Below are positions 26,471 to 40,617 of a stretch of DNA of 64,000 bases, in pieces. Source of the DNA: Stylophora pistillata (lineage: Eukaryota); assembly GCF_002571385.2 (NCBI RefSeq), contig NW_019217784.1, positions 977,218 through 1,041,217 of the forward strand, read 5' to 3'. A model generated the notes under the pieces. That model was not told where the DNA came from and ran no database searches. It was given only the letters and a program-made list of their open reading frames with translations. The stretch's first letter is position 1. The number at the start of each line of letters is the position of its first letter. A program made the translations under genes and the position numbers.

Positions 26471-27669
26471 TGAAGTCCTGCTGACGTTATTAAAAACAGC
26501 TATTACAAACAACAACAAGTGTAATCTTGCATGATTTCACTCCATTTTTCCGCATTGCTTTAATCTTTCCGCTGCACAGCCAATATAATATATGCCACAG
26601 TTCTCTAATTCACTTAGAAAACTTCTATCAACTAATCTTTGGATCACCAAACAACGCAGCTCTCAGAGAAACAGCACCACTCGTCGCTATATTGCTTTAA
26701 GAATGCTATAGATATAAATATTGGGGTGTCTTTACAATCAGTATATCAAGATGCGTACGAGTAACTGAACCAAATACGTGACCCGCGACTGACGCGCGGA
26801 ATAAATTAACATACATTTTTATCAGCCAGAAATAAGCTTTTCTAGTTCTGTCCCCATTTCAAAAACTGTTTTATCTCAGCAGTGAAAAGTGTTATCATCA
26901 TTTCGCCACGGACATTTCTCTACTAAGTCTTGTATCTTAAATCAGTTTGTTCTCTTCACAAGACGCGTCCGAAGTTATTCATACATATTAAAATGCCTAA
27001 GGAGAAAGAGGGCAAACGGTAAAATATTTGGCTCGACGTCAAAAAGAAGGAAAAGCGTGACTCATTTTCTCATTTCTTTTAAACTTTTTAAATTTAAAAT
27101 TGAAGTCCACAATTTTGATTCAAGTTCCCAAGAGCCGTGTGAGTGCAGGACCGAACGGCTTTTTCCGGCGCAGCTCACCAGCGACCTGTCCGACCCTACA
27201 CACGCTAGCTTTCACTATGGTTTTCTATGGGGCTGAGCGCGCGGGGCCGTGTGAAAAGCTGGCGAATCATGTGTTACAATCCCAATTTTTCCTTCATTGG
27301 TTTTGTGTCTACGACTTGGTTTTGAACATGACAACATGGGTACTAAATAAAATTTACTAAATAGTTACTTCTCAATAGATTAACTTCACTGAAACTACTT
27401 TAAACCTTTATTTATGAACATACTTACAAATTCTTATCAATAAAGATTTGGAAATGCAAAGACTGGCAAAAACCAACGATAAAGACCGACATTTCGGTGT
27501 CATCATGGCGCCATTGTCAAGGAGAAATAAAAAAATTACAGAGTTTGTGGCAAGGTGTAACACTAAATTACCATAAGTATGTTAGGAGCTAATTAAACAA
27601 ATACTTTTGCGCGAATTGAATCGCTTTGCACGTTCAGAGTGGGTTTTACTTACAAATTATTCACTATAT

Positions 27670-28380
27670 TTAACAATTATTCACTGAAGTGGAGGTAAAT
27701 ATCCATCACTTTTACCGAAACTGAGGTGAGTAATTCTAGTACATACCACACAGATACCAAAATTTTGTTAATTTCTTTCAATAACAGTACCGAAAAATGG
27801 TCGGTAATCAAACTCTCGACGCGCGATTTTGTTTCTTAACCGGCTCGGAAGTGGGTGGTCGTTCTTTTTTTTTTGTTACCTAATAATATACATGAACAAA
27901 TTTCTCAGTTCTGATTGGTTAAGATGAATGCAGTTTTCAGTTAACTCAGTGCAGAAGAGAGTTAATTCAGTGCAGAAGAGGGTTAATTCAGTGCAAAGAA
28001 AGAAACAAACCAGACATTCTGATTGGTCAGAATGATTGGTCAATGTTAATGTCAAGGTCAATGTCACTTGCACGGTTTGAATAAATTATTTTTGCACGTG
28101 ATGCGCGCGCTTTTCTTCTGCGTAGTTATGAGAAGCTACCTCGTATTTTTTCATGTATATTATTAATAGATAATCACATGATTTTCTACGGGCTTATGCA
28201 ATTTTGTTAGTCTTTGAAAAAATTTACTAGTGCTCATTTATTCCAAATTGCACTCGAAATCATGTGATTACCTATACTAATAATTATTTTAGGTCACAGT
28301 GCTTCTTTACAGAGATTTTGAAAATAAACAAAATAATTATTCAAGCAACGAATATTTAACAATTATTCCACGAGCGCGCA

Positions 28381-28433
<53 letters not shown>

Positions 28434-28434
28434 A

Positions 28435-28471
<37 letters not shown>

Positions 28472-28594
28472 TTTTATTAAAAACGTTAAATTAAATTATT
28501 AAATTTTATTAAATTCTTAGCTCCCTTTTAATTTTAAGCTGACACGTACGCTTACCATATTTGTAGATTATGGTATAGTGGCTGATATACCATG

Positions 28595-28639
<45 letters not shown>

Positions 28640-28655
28640 TAGTTTTTAATAATTT
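27670..28655. repeat. Cluster of short interspersed repeats/MITEs, including a ~115-bp palindrome at 28358-28472
   Basis: AACAATTATTCCACGAGCGCG...CGCGAGTGGAATAATTGTT foldback; 21-bp tandem GTTAATTCAGTGCAGAAGAGA at ~27940-27998. Confidence 0.6.
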
Positions 28656-28835
28656 ATAATACATCATAATACATTAAATGAATCACCAGAAATTGTTGTG
28701 TAGTTCAGACTAAGCGATTTTCTCGGATACATAAGCTCTGTTCTTTATCCTGGTAAGTTTACCAGGTTAGTAGCTTAAGAACCACACGCAAGGAAAGAAC
28801 TGTTTTTCACTGGTGATAATTTTTACTCCCTCACC

Positions 28836-31800
28836 TCAGCTGTGATAGAGTTTCAAAGCCACAATGACCAAAATGAAAGCAACATTGAAGTAGAGGTTAA
28901 GCTGTAGTGAGAATATCGCCATGGACAGGGCTGTGTTCACACTCATTGCACAAGCTATAATGAGCAAGCGGATCAGGTTACTGGAGTGTTTCATAACCGC
29001 TGATAAAATTAGTCCATTCATGGCCTGGAAGTTAACAAAGGAAAAAGTATTCTGTCATGAACCTCTCTTTGGTGTAATACTAAGGTACCATCCCCCCTCC
29101 CCCCCCCTCCAAACACACATACAGGGGGCTGTCCTAGAGGTAAAAAAAATTCTCCTATGTAGATTTTCAGCCAGAAAGAGGAACCCTTTTCATTCCTACA
29201 AGAAGACTGAGTATTTCCTGAGGTCTAGTCATTCATGCATTTTAAGGGTCAACCTGTTTTAGAGGATTAGTCAAGACAAAAGTGAGTACAAATCACTGTT
29301 TTCAATGAAACATGTCTTTTCATCCCTGCTTTTTATCCATCACAAGGTTGTTTCTTTCTTCTCTCGTGGTCCCACGCATTGATGTGATGATGCATGAACG
29401 GGAAGAGCCTGAGTCATGATTGCAAAAAATGAATTTCTTTGCCTCAACAAACCCAGCCTGTCTAGCCTTCATCCCCCACCATCAAAATCTGTTCTAGCCT
29501 AAAAAGTTCTCTCCATATCGTGACAAAAATTAACTGTTAATGGTATGAACATTTTCTATGAAAGGTATATTTTGGGGAAGGAGTGAGTAACGAGCTTGTG
29601 GCATGTCATTCTTGTAGAAACGCTTGTTGAGTGCACCCTGGTTTGACTTATATATCCATTTATTGTTTGCTTTTATCTCGTCATGTGAAAGCTTACACAT
29701 TTTACCTGGCAGAAAACGATCACCACAGTCCACTTTGAATAGCCATGAAAAAATCCTAAAACACGAAAAGACAACAAAAATGTTTATGAGCAGCTTGGAA
29801 GACAAAAAGTTGAGAAGGAAATAACTTACTACATTAATTGACAAATCACTTCAACACTTTCAATGGTTTTCTAAATGCTTCTTAACTGTTTTGAACAAAA
29901 ATGTACATCATGAAGTAATTATCCAGTTTTGACTCCTGCAACCAACAAATACCTTCCAGAAATTCGGATTCCACTACTTGTTCCCCCTAAACCTGGAGAA
30001 CATTGAATCAAGAAATCTTTCTAATATTTTCTCTAGGTTACGATGACTTCCTTAGACTGCATCAAACTGACCTGTAGATGTGTCATGGATGGTTCCCACT
30101 GAGTGATTTGTTGAAGTGTAAGCCCAAAGGTTGAAAATAATTCCATACGAATACATCAAAGTGTTTTGCAAGTGAAGGGAAAGCTGGTAAATGAAGAAAT
30201 TGTACTTACTTCATATTGAAAATCACAGTCATTTCCATGTATGCCAACTCAATAGACTTATATTACCTGGGAGTCTCACAGATACAAAACAAATCTCCTT
30301 CTCAGGCATACAATTTTCTTAATTCCCAGATCATTAAAGAACAATATAAAATGTTGTCACTAAAAGAGAGGAAATAAAGTTAAATACATTCTCATTATAA
30401 ATATTTGGGTTTCAATTTTGTTTGATGCTTTTAAGTGATATTTTTTCTTTTGTGGTTTCTTTCTATTTGATAACATGATTTTCAGTTTGAGGGGGAAAAG
30501 TAGCCAATCTTCAATTTTCTTATGGAAGGGGGGGGGGCCCTCTGCTGTGAAACATAATCCAAAATCACCAACCTTGTGGTTTCAGATTTTCCCAGGCTGA
30601 TGAGTAAAATGTTCCAAGACCATCCTTATATTTTTTCTTAATTCATGAAATACAAAAATGGAAAAGACGACTGACCAAGAAACACAGGTGATTTCATTTT
30701 TTTTTCCTCTTTGTTTTGGTTTGACCTACATCCATTCCCTTAATTAGTTATGACTGGTAATTTGACTTATTAATATTCTGGTATAACAAACTTGTAATGT
30801 ATTACTAAATGACTAATGCATCAAAGTTACCTTATACTGCCTCTTCAATATGTATTCTAATAAATAAAGAAAAAATTTGCAATAAGATGTTCACACTAAC
30901 ATATAAAAATCTACACAAACCCACTCACAATGACTGGCCATGATCAGTGAGGTTCATAGACATTACAGTTCTCTTTGGGAAAAGGAAACACATGTTGAAG
31001 ACTCATGGTTAATGAACAACAGTCTATGGTACCATTGCTTAAAAAAAAACACAAATATCCATAGAATGAAGGGAATCAATTAGATATTATATGGTAACAA
31101 TACAATGCCTCAAATAACTCATAAATTAATTAAAAATAACCTGTTGAAATTCCAGCCAGTCCTGACATTGTGCAGTAAAATATCATCAAAAGGATTCCAG
31201 TAATAGTGACATAAATCTGCCTTCCCCTGTTAGTAGCATTATTACGCACTTGTATTATATCTTGAGTATTTTTCAGTCCACCATAACTATATGAGAAAAA
31301 GATCACAAGTTTTCACCTCTTCTCTTGTAATGGTTGATTAACTCAAATTAAATGGGCTACAAGATGAAAGCCATGCTAAAAATAAGATTAAGTTAGGGTT
31401 CAGGGTTAGTAAAGTATAACTAAGTCTCAAGTAACTAACCTGTTAAAACATCCAGCTAAAGTTATCAGTCCAAGTGCAATCCATTGCTTCTCTGAAATAC
31501 TCCTGATTACAAGTTTCAAGTAAATTTCAGCGTTACTTTAGATTTTTTTTCATCTGCTAATAATGAGGATAAATGAGAATTACGCTGTGATAAAATTAAA
31601 ATTTTCTTTAAAAGTTACCTTCTGATGACAAGCCAGTACAGAATGCCTGTTATCCCTATCTTAAAATTACACAGGACCTAAATCATAAAAAAAAAAAATA
31701 AAAAAAAAAATAAAAAAAAAATTATGGAATTTAGAGGATGTTTTTAAAATTTTCCAAAAGACAAAAATTTCTACAATTTATAAACTTGGGCAATTAGGAA

Positions 31801-33370
31801 TTATTGTATATACTATTACATACTTCACCGATACTTCAATGAAGAATTTGATAATCATACTTAAATTATACCTGAAAGCTTGCTGGATCAAGATACTCTT
31901 GGACATGCACTGCTGTGTTGTTACTCATGCAGTAGAGAAAAGCAGGGATGGAAAACAACAAAAGGGTTTTTATTGGTGGAAAGTGAACTACACCACACAA
32001 CATCTCTGGAATCAGGAAGGCAACAGAGAAGACAAACTAGAAAGAGAAAATTTCAGACAATCAGTGCTAAAATAATTAGCGGTGAACATGATGGCAAAAA
32101 CATTCATGAATAAAATAAGAAAGAAAAAGGCTTCTTCAACCATAACATACACTGTGCAATAAATTACCAATAATACCTTTATAACTTCACTCAACAAGAC
32201 CACAGATGCAGAACTGAATGGAATTTTCCCATTTTCATTTTTACACAAGTTGATTAATATGGCATGAGATCCATAAATCAATACTCTGTTAAAACACAAA
32301 TAAGTTGACACAAAGATGTTATCAATATTGTCACGTACCCAGTGCAGTGAACGTGGGGCGTGGTGCACTGGAGTTCAGGAAGTGCCAACCACAGTGCAAA
32401 AATAGACAACACAAGTTGATTCAACAACATTTAATCTGATCATCAAATTGTTTGAATGAATATTGTACACTTGCAGTGAAAACTAAGCGGGGAAAATTAC
32501 AATGTACAAGATAAGGAAAAGTGCTATGACTAATTACAAAAGAAAAGGAATCGGAAGGAAAATGAAATAGAATACAATAGGCTGTAACTTACATCTGATC
32601 CTGCCTTAAAGGCGAAAAGAAACTCCAACGTTGTGTAACTCAGACAGGCAAACCTTTAGTAAAAAACTCCGATCTGACCCCTTCGATCTCCTAACTCCAA
32701 CTCCAAATTATTAAGGGGAGCGTTCTCTAATAAGGGTATAATTGTAAACCAGTTCAAAGAGGAACGACTGGCTACATTTAGCAATTCAAACTGTGAACAA
32801 TATCTTACGAAAAACATGAGGGTAAACTTGATAATGAAACAAAACAGACCTCCAGCTACTTAAAATAGAATGAAGATAATTATGTAATCAAAGTCCTTTC
32901 TTACAAATTTCATTCAATTTTGTAAATATTCATGAAAGATTATAAACCATTCACTTTTTTGACTATCAAAAAAGGACACAATAAAATGAATATAATCATT
33001 TTGCCACTTTTACTGCATTTACAAAGCCTAAAAAAATGACTCCCGTCTAGTTTTCTTCAGCAACCACGATTTTTTTCTCTGCTATAGCTTTGTAAATTAT
33101 TAGTAAAACTTAGAATCAGGGATGAGAGACATAACAAAAGAAAGGGAAAAAATAAGGAGAATTATTTAGTCAAAATTGAAGGCTGCCCAGAATTTCATAT
33201 TGCGAATAATACTGTGATCATACTCAGAAATTTAAATCAATTTCACTGTTTGATAAAACACACCCTGAAACAATCATGATTTTCCATAAGACTTTCATAA
33301 GAGGACCAGAGAACTGCTCTGAGGTAGATGTTTGAGGGAGTCTGTACAAAAGTGACCTTGATAACATCAT
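28836..33370 (-). CDS. SLC35A4: Nucleotide-sugar transporter, SLC35A4-like, multi-exon
   Basis: GCCATG at 33370; exon 33264-33370 (..VLWKIMIVSG) joins 32178-32285 (VLIYGSHAILINLCK..GKIPFSSASVVLLSEVIK), then FSIPAFLYCMSNN..VHVQEYLDPASFQ; last exon NGLILSAVMKHSSNLIRLLII..LKLYHS*. Probable 5' UTR exon ends at donor 34667. Confidence 0.85.
32329..32800 (-). mobile_element. Possible LTR or solo-LTR remnant in an SLC35A4 intron
   Basis: Abrupt TGTCACG terminus (minus strand ends ..GTGACA) with ATTAAA ~100 nt upstream on minus. The other end and a TSD were not found. Confidence 0.3.
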
Positions 33371-34666
33371 GGCCAAAAGAAGTTGTAGTAATCTAAGAAT
33401 AATAATAGCATTCACCAAAATTAAACTGTGTTTATAGCAAATTAGCTTCTCAGGAAGGTTTCCTTTTAATCTTCCAATACTAAAGCTCACCCTAACTCCC
33501 CCAGCAACCTTCCTGTATGACTGCCCCAGATCCAAACACTTTTGCTTGATTTGAAGTATAGTACACTACCTATTAAGGACAAGTTGCTCAAAACCCATTG
33601 AAGAATAACCCTCAGATAAATGCTTATATTAATCACAGATTACCATGTCAATTAAATCTGGGTAAACTGCTATTTGTGCTTCAAATGGCTTGTCCTTCAA
33701 TTAGCTTAAATCTGGGTAACTGCTATTTGTGCCTCATACACCTTGGCCCAAGTCATGTCAATTATAATATGATCAATGAATATACTCATCAAAGGTCAAC
33801 ATCTCAAATATGGGGTAACTATATACTCTCAGCTGAGGGAGACATGGCAAATGATCAGATAAAACACTGGAGTCAGCCAAATCAAGAGAACTTGATGTAA
33901 ACTCTAGCCTAGATCATTGTGCTTATTCATTATAAGCAAAGATCCCTTGCTCTGAGGGTGCCACCCTGAATGGTTTGTAACTTATGGAGTACTAATGACA
34001 ACCTGTAGAAGTAGCAGAGTGCTTATGACAATGTGTCAAAGTGTGTGAATAAAGCTGTGTCAGGTGCATGGCTGTAGATTAAGTGTCATTGAAACTAACC
34101 ATGGAGTACTATGGTTGAGTGGAGTAATGTCTGGTGGGTAACCTGCCATGCGAGCTAGCATTTCCACCGGGGGGGTATGAGGCATGTCCCCTTTTGCTTC
34201 ATGCTAAAGAAACTGAGAAAAGGCAACGGAAGTTACTGCAAACTAGTCTGTAAGACTTAATCATATTCGTCAGTCGCCAGCGAGGAATTCTCCTAAATGC
34301 AGTGATGATAAAATGAATCGTTGGAAGAAAGGGTGATTTCATATTTTGGTATTTAACCATTAGGGAAAATTGCATTATTTCAACACTTTTCATCGTCGAC
34401 ATGACAATTTACGTAAAGCATCTAGTTAGAAATTCCTGAGGAATGGGAGAGGCCTTTTATGCATTCTCGAGCTCACATAATCCTCTGTCTACTATGTAAT
34501 GCAATTTTCTCGTGAGACATACACAAACCATGCAGGATTTCTGCAAGTTACGCTTTTGCAAGTATCAATCGAGCGATGGTCGTATCATTGAGGCGCTTTG
34601 GAAACTCGTTTTGTCTCAATTTCCCGTTCTAGAGGGCAGATGAGAGTAAAAACACTGATAACTTAC

Positions 34667-34953
34667 TTATGCAGTTTCCTGTAGCGTAGTTGTTGCTCAG
34701 GTAAACGTTCGTGATCTAAAGAAGAGCTAAACACGCGCACAAAAAATAGGAAACCACCTCCATCTTTGACAACAACTTTCTTTCTCCTTCCGGTAAACCA
34801 CTCGTTCCAGATCTTCCTTATCTTTTTAGACTGGAACTGACCTCGGTCATTTTACGCGCCAGGAGCTCGCGCCTGGTGGATTTCTGCCTTTAAGGGGTCA
34901 ACGATCAAAACTGCAGCTTTCATTCGATTTTTGGAGGTGATAAATTATTTACA
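34667..34953. promoter_or_regulatory. Compact bidirectional promoter between SLC35A4-like (-) and DOLK (+)
   Basis: Under 300 bp between the minus-strand exon-1 donor (34667) and the DOLK ATG (34954); locally CpG-rich; ETS-type CCGGAAG on minus at ~34787-34793. Confidence 0.6.
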
Positions 34954-37900
34954 ATGATCGGAGAGTCTGCAGTAGTGGTTGGGTGTAGTTTATACCTGAT
35001 TTGCAGTCAGTTTGAGTTGAAACAAAGCGCTGGTTACATCTTATTCCATATAACAGGTAGCCGCCACAGCCAATGGAAGATGCATTCCATGATCATATGA
35101 GTGAATATTTCTGGGGAATTATGATAATCGCAAATCTCGTTGTTTTGCTGGTCAATCTATGTAACATTTTAATCGCCTCTCGCTAACTTGGAAGAATGTT
35201 AACATCTAGTTTGCTCTCCATGGTTTTTGCTTTAGTATTATTGGTCGCTTGTATTCCTTCAGTGAAGTGGACTGCAGGGATAAGAAAATGGTTTCATTTA
35301 AGGTGAGTGACACTCGTGGTGTTTCCGTCCAGTACATGTTCGCCTGCGTTGATCAAACTGAATGGTTAGATCTTATTGAAACTGAGTATTTTAAGAAGCC
35401 TTTGTACAATAATTATTTAGGCCAATTGCTGGAGATGGCATGGAAATTGGTTCACTTCTAGTCCCCATGGTGATCACAAGTCAAATGGCATTTGTGGAGA
35501 AATGGGACAGTAAATATGTGTTTCTCAAAGTCACAGGTAACACCCAAGTTCATCACACTTACTCTAGGAGAGTCTTGTTTGTATTTGCAAAGCTGCTGAT
35601 AAACAGTTTTCCCAATTTTCTTCCTTAGAGGTAGAAAGATCCTATCTGTTAGCTTCTCAGTTGATGAGCATGTTCACTGCCTCCATTCTGCTGATTACAA
35701 ATCATGTAAAACCAGTGATGTCATCAGTCTTCTTTTTTATGGTCACGACCTGCATAGCAGCTACAATAAGCATTCATTTGGGTATGCACAGTTCATATTT
35801 TTAGATTATCCAAATTGAACATTGATGTTTTAGTTGTGATGGTTATATATAATTTTTTTTTTTTAACATAAACATGATAAATTATGGAAAAACTTTGTTG
35901 TTGGTGTTTCAAATTGCTCATGAGAGTATGATACATGATTCTCCGTTGTGCAAGGTAAATTAGCAGGATCAAAATGCCAGTTGTAGTGTTTGGTTGGTTA
36001 GAGGGATAAACCCAAAGAATGAACGATCAAGTGAGTAACTATGTATTGAGGCTATATTTTACATAGGTAACCCATGACAGTGACTGCATTTATATTGTAA
36101 TATGGAGTATACAATCTTTTTTATTACAGATGTTGATATTATGTGGGTGTCAGTAAGTGTTTCCCTATACTTTGTTGCTCTCTTTGCCATCTTGTGGTGG
36201 ATACCAGGATGTTTTACTATTGGTGAAGCCATGATTGTGACGCAAGCAGTTGTTTTTGTGACTATTGATTCATTTGCAAACTTAGGAATAAAGGTAAACA
36301 TGCATTTTTAGTTGAACATAGTTACAAGACAAGGATTAAGTGTCATTAGAAACAGGTTAAGGAATGCTAATCAAATTTTCAAGGAGTTATGTCTTGACTT
36401 TTTTCATAACCATTTTAGGCATGTACTGAAATTCAGAATGATCTGTTTTCAGTTAGCCTATCTTTCTCCTACCTTCTATAATTTGTTTGGAATTCATGCT
36501 GAAGCTACACGAGGAACTCTCACTTTGTGGATGCAGGTAACCCATAGCTTATTCATGTGATGTCTCTTTTATATGGCCCCTCATCTTTCTACCAATCAAT
36601 CTTCACTGGTCAAATTCAATCTAGCCCAACATAAAATTTGGTTCTGGAGAATACATGATCATGGGTTGTGTAAATGTCAGATATCCACTTATTACTTCTT
36701 AAGTCTATTAATTTTAATGTGTTGATTGTGTAGTCAAGGGATGCCTCATGCTGAAATATTTATGATTTTACATCCAGCTTTTGGTGGTTGGATCACTTAC
36801 AACAGGTCTTCTCCTTCTGCCAGTATTTTACTATCTTACATTAGTAAGGTGAGTCTTAATTTAGGAGATAACTTATAAGATAATCAACTTTTCAGGTCTG
36901 ATTTCCACTATTGCTCAAATAGTGCTTTACTGCGAAGGATCGTTCTCATATACGTCTCATAACCGCAGTTCACACATATGTTTCATATGTTTGTTGTTGT
37001 TATAAGATAATATTATATACTAGATAATTTATAACTTGATGTAAAGAAAAAGTGTTGTAAAAAACAACACAGGTTTGGTTAGTTACTCAAGTACATCAAG
37101 TTAGCCTTCTTGGTGAACAAAAATCTGTTTCATCTGTAAGTATTGTTTCTAGTACTGGATGGTGTGATAGTCTATCCCAGGTTATTTTAACCCTTTACAC
37201 CCTAACATTGGTATTTATGTTCTCCACACTGTTTGCTCCCTTTACCTTTTGTATGGTACTAAAAAGAAGAATTTGTGTGATAATCAGGAGCAATTCTTAA
37301 TTTGGTTATCATTGCCTTTATTCTCGTAACCTTTACATTTGAGTTTAAGGGTCATACTGTAGGGAGAAATGAGAAGTCAGACACTGTCAGGGGGGGGTTA
37401 AGGGGTTAAACATCATCTTTGTGTGGTTCATTAATAATAATAGTTTGTTAATTTATAGTTTTGAGTTTGCTTCTAAATTGTAAGAGTTGGGAGAGAAAAA
37501 AGCATCTTTCAGAACAGAGAATTGTGTCACTGGTGGTAACTGTCAGATGTAGGTGATTGTCTTTGTGTTATCTTACTTAGCTGTCAGAGTAGATAATCAT
37601 CCTTATGGTAGTGCAAAACTTCTGTTCTGGGGTGAACCTAATTTTTAATCAGTTATTCACAGATTGTGTTTGGTTTTTAGGGACTATTGGGAGAGAGTAA
37701 CTGGTTACATGGCATTCTATGCTGTGTTGTTCTTTACATTCTTTGCTCTGCTGTTGCCATGGTCTGTGCTCATTTTGGGGGGCATTAATCCATTTGTGTG
37801 GCTGTGGGACTATTTAGACTTTGGGGACATTAGGGTAAGCTGCCCATGAACCATGAAACATCTACAAATTGTTAAAGTACCGTTTTGTATCCAGCAGTCA

Positions 37901-40254
37901 TTGTATGCAAACTTCAATGACAAAGCTTACAAAGTATGTGCTGTTTGGGACAAGCAAAGCATTTCAAATATGAATTTTTTGTTGAACTCTAAATTATGAA
38001 CAGTATCTAATGTGGTCTTAATCGAATCGCTGAATGATTAAAATGTGAAGTAAAATGTCTCGGAAGATATTAGTGTTCATATGCCTAGGGGAATATATTA
38101 ATTAGCCCTTGTGGGGGAGGGGTTACTCCTTGCCATTTCTTATAAGATGCCCAAACAGATTCACTGTCTCGTTTGTTCACTGTGTTGTAAGTGAGTGCTT
38201 CGGCAGGGGAACTTTTAATTCGCTTTTGTTGTTTTTGTATTTTACTTTTTATTACAAAGTCTCTCCCAGTACTAACCTTTCAAACAGTCACAGAACAAGA
38301 GGTTATCCTCAAACCGTTTTTGCTAAGCCGCATATACCAAAGTACACGTAGTTGTTCCCCGCGATCTTACACATTTCCATTTTTTAATATTAAATTGGTG
38401 TTTATATTTCTTGCAGATGCCACTAGTACGTTACTGGTTCTGTGTTGTTCTTGTAGCTGTAGGGTTTGTAGCGTGGAAAAGTCTGCGCTTGCAATCATCG
38501 CCAACAGCCCCCAGCACAATAACTCGTAAAGTTTTCCACTTGTTGGCGTTAGCGGTCTTCATACCAGGCGTGGTTTACGAACCAAACGTAACACATTTAG
38601 CTTCATCAGTTGCTGTAGCAGCTTTTATATTTATAGAGGTAAGTCAAGGTGAATGTTGGTTTGTTGTGCCTTCCTTGACCACCTTTTTCGTGGTTTATCC
38701 TCGGCGTGCAAACCTGTGACATTCACTTTTGACGTATAACAAAGAAAAACTAAGAAATGAAGAGAGCACAGCTCAGGCAGATAATAGTTACAAAGCGGAG
38801 AAAAATCTTACGGGTCTTACACGGTAGTAAATCCATTTTTTCCGATTATTGAGATACGCCCTCTTAATTCTTCTTCAAGTAATCTAAGCGTCACAGAAAT
38901 AAGGATAGTTGTTCGACTTACTCGTAATCTTGTAAAATTATTTTCACCAACTTTGTCTAACGCTAGGTTTTATCCCAAATACCGGTACATATAGTGACTC
39001 ACGAGTATTGTTATTCCCGGGGGTGGGTATGTCAGTCTTCGAGGCTACCATCCCTCCCCCCCCTCTTCAAAGTAAACTCGAAACAATGTGTGTCAATGCC
39101 AATGCGTCATATGCATGCAGACGTGAAAACCAGAACATAAACCTGAAAAAGAAACACATGCATTTTGTAACCATGTTTTAAATATTGTTTCCCAGTATAT
39201 CCGATTGTACAGAATAGGACCGTTTGGTGAATCCATTCACTCAGCGCTTGAGGTGTTCTTAGATGAGAAAGATTCTGGTCCCCTCATTTTAACCCACGTG
39301 TATTTGTTGCTGGGCTTTGCAGTACCTTTGTGGCTATATCCTGTTGATTACATGATCGGTGATTCCATTGGTAAGTTCAGTCTCTCGATGATATATATTC
39401 CGATAGAAGAAAAAAGGAATAGAGGTAGCATTGATGCTTATTAGGAACGCAGTTGGGCTGGGATCTATTCCTGTCAGGTTACTGTGAATTTTTTTTTTCC
39501 AACCACAGGCTGCAACCTTGCTCTGTATTCTGGGATCCTTTCACTTGGTATTGGCGACACGATGGCATCCGTTGTTGGGAAAAGATTTGGACGCTGTCGC
39601 TGGCCAGGTGTGTACCTTAAAACTTTTCTAAAGAATAGAAGATTTTGTTCAAATGCGTGTTTGCTTCTGTATAAAGGCTGAAATTTTTTTTTATTTTACT
39701 CAAGGTGGAGTGAAAACTGTGGAAGGAACATTGGCCGGTGTCGCATCGCAACTGTTGTTTCTTTGGAGTCTACATTACAAAGGTTAAACACAGTGACTTT
39801 CTATTTCGTATAATATTTAAAAAGTTGGATTCTTGTCCTTTGTTTAACATTAGCTGTTAGGTCGTTTGCGAGGCCTGTCAACTTCTTTTTCCCGGCCAAT
39901 CTTAATCCCCTATCAGACAAGCAGTGTAAACCTATTAAGCTCTCAGCAACAATAAGAAAGCAAAGCTGAGATTTCTCGACTAATCCCCTCGCATTTTTAT
40001 CGAAAGAAAATGCTAGTGAGGTTACTGAAGTTCCCTCCTCCCCCGCCCTCAGGACGAAATCAATTTTTTTCTCTTCTGTATTGCAAAGTTTGTTGCTGTG
40101 TTTTCCAGGTTTTCTATTTTTACCAGAAGAAAGATGGTGGTCAGTATCCATGGCGGTAATTTGCGGATCACTGCTGGAGGGGTGGACGACACAGATCGAT
40201 AATATCGTACTCTCGCCTTTCTTGTGCTCACTTCTATTGTTCAAATGTAGGTAG
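34954..40254 (+). CDS. DOLK: Dolichol kinase, multi-exon
   Basis: Exons encode PGCFTIGEAMIVTQ, RKVFHLLALAVFIPG, FLDEKDSGPLILTHVYLLLGFAVPLWL, SGILSLGIGDTMASVVGKRFG..WPG, KTVEGT and LLEGWTTQIDN; stop TAG at 40252-40254. The start codon is less certain. Confidence 0.92.
36889..36999 (+). mobile_element. 5'-truncated copy of the 247-bp tRNA-like element with a 12-bp TSD
   Basis: Nearly identical to the 3' part of the array unit, ending in (TTG)n; TTATAAGATAAT at 36873-36884 and 37000-37011. Confidence 0.85.
37187..37410. mobile_element. MITE with TTAACCC(T/C)TTA termini; a related degenerate copy lies at ~48763-48970
   Basis: TTAACCCTTTACACCC ... GGGGTTAAGGGGTTAA terminal inverted repeats. Confidence 0.55.
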
Positions 40255-40617
40255 GACATAGTTGAACAATGCTGCAGAGAACAGAACGTCGTATGATAAT
40301 ATTTTGTAACAAACAGTCGCGTTTATTATGTATGCATACTTCCCCAACCATCCCCGTACCTCGTTCTCGTGAAATATTCGCTGTCATTTTCGACAGGTAA
40401 TACTGACATGCTGCTAACATTCTGATGGTAAGATTTAAATCAGTTTTCTTTTCATGTTGATTAGCGCTTTCATTTTATGTAACCTAAATAGAGTAGTACG
40501 TTTTGACAAAGTGTCCAATAATATAGAGACTTCATCGATCGATGATGACGATGGCTTGTTTATCGTGCGTCAGGGAAACGTTATATCAGATAGAGTGACG
40601 TCAGCCCTCTTCATTAG

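Noticed and set aside
34199-34402. 67-aa ORF as a homolog of the SLC35A4 uORF microprotein
   Set aside because: It lies in the predicted first intron and shows no convincing similarity
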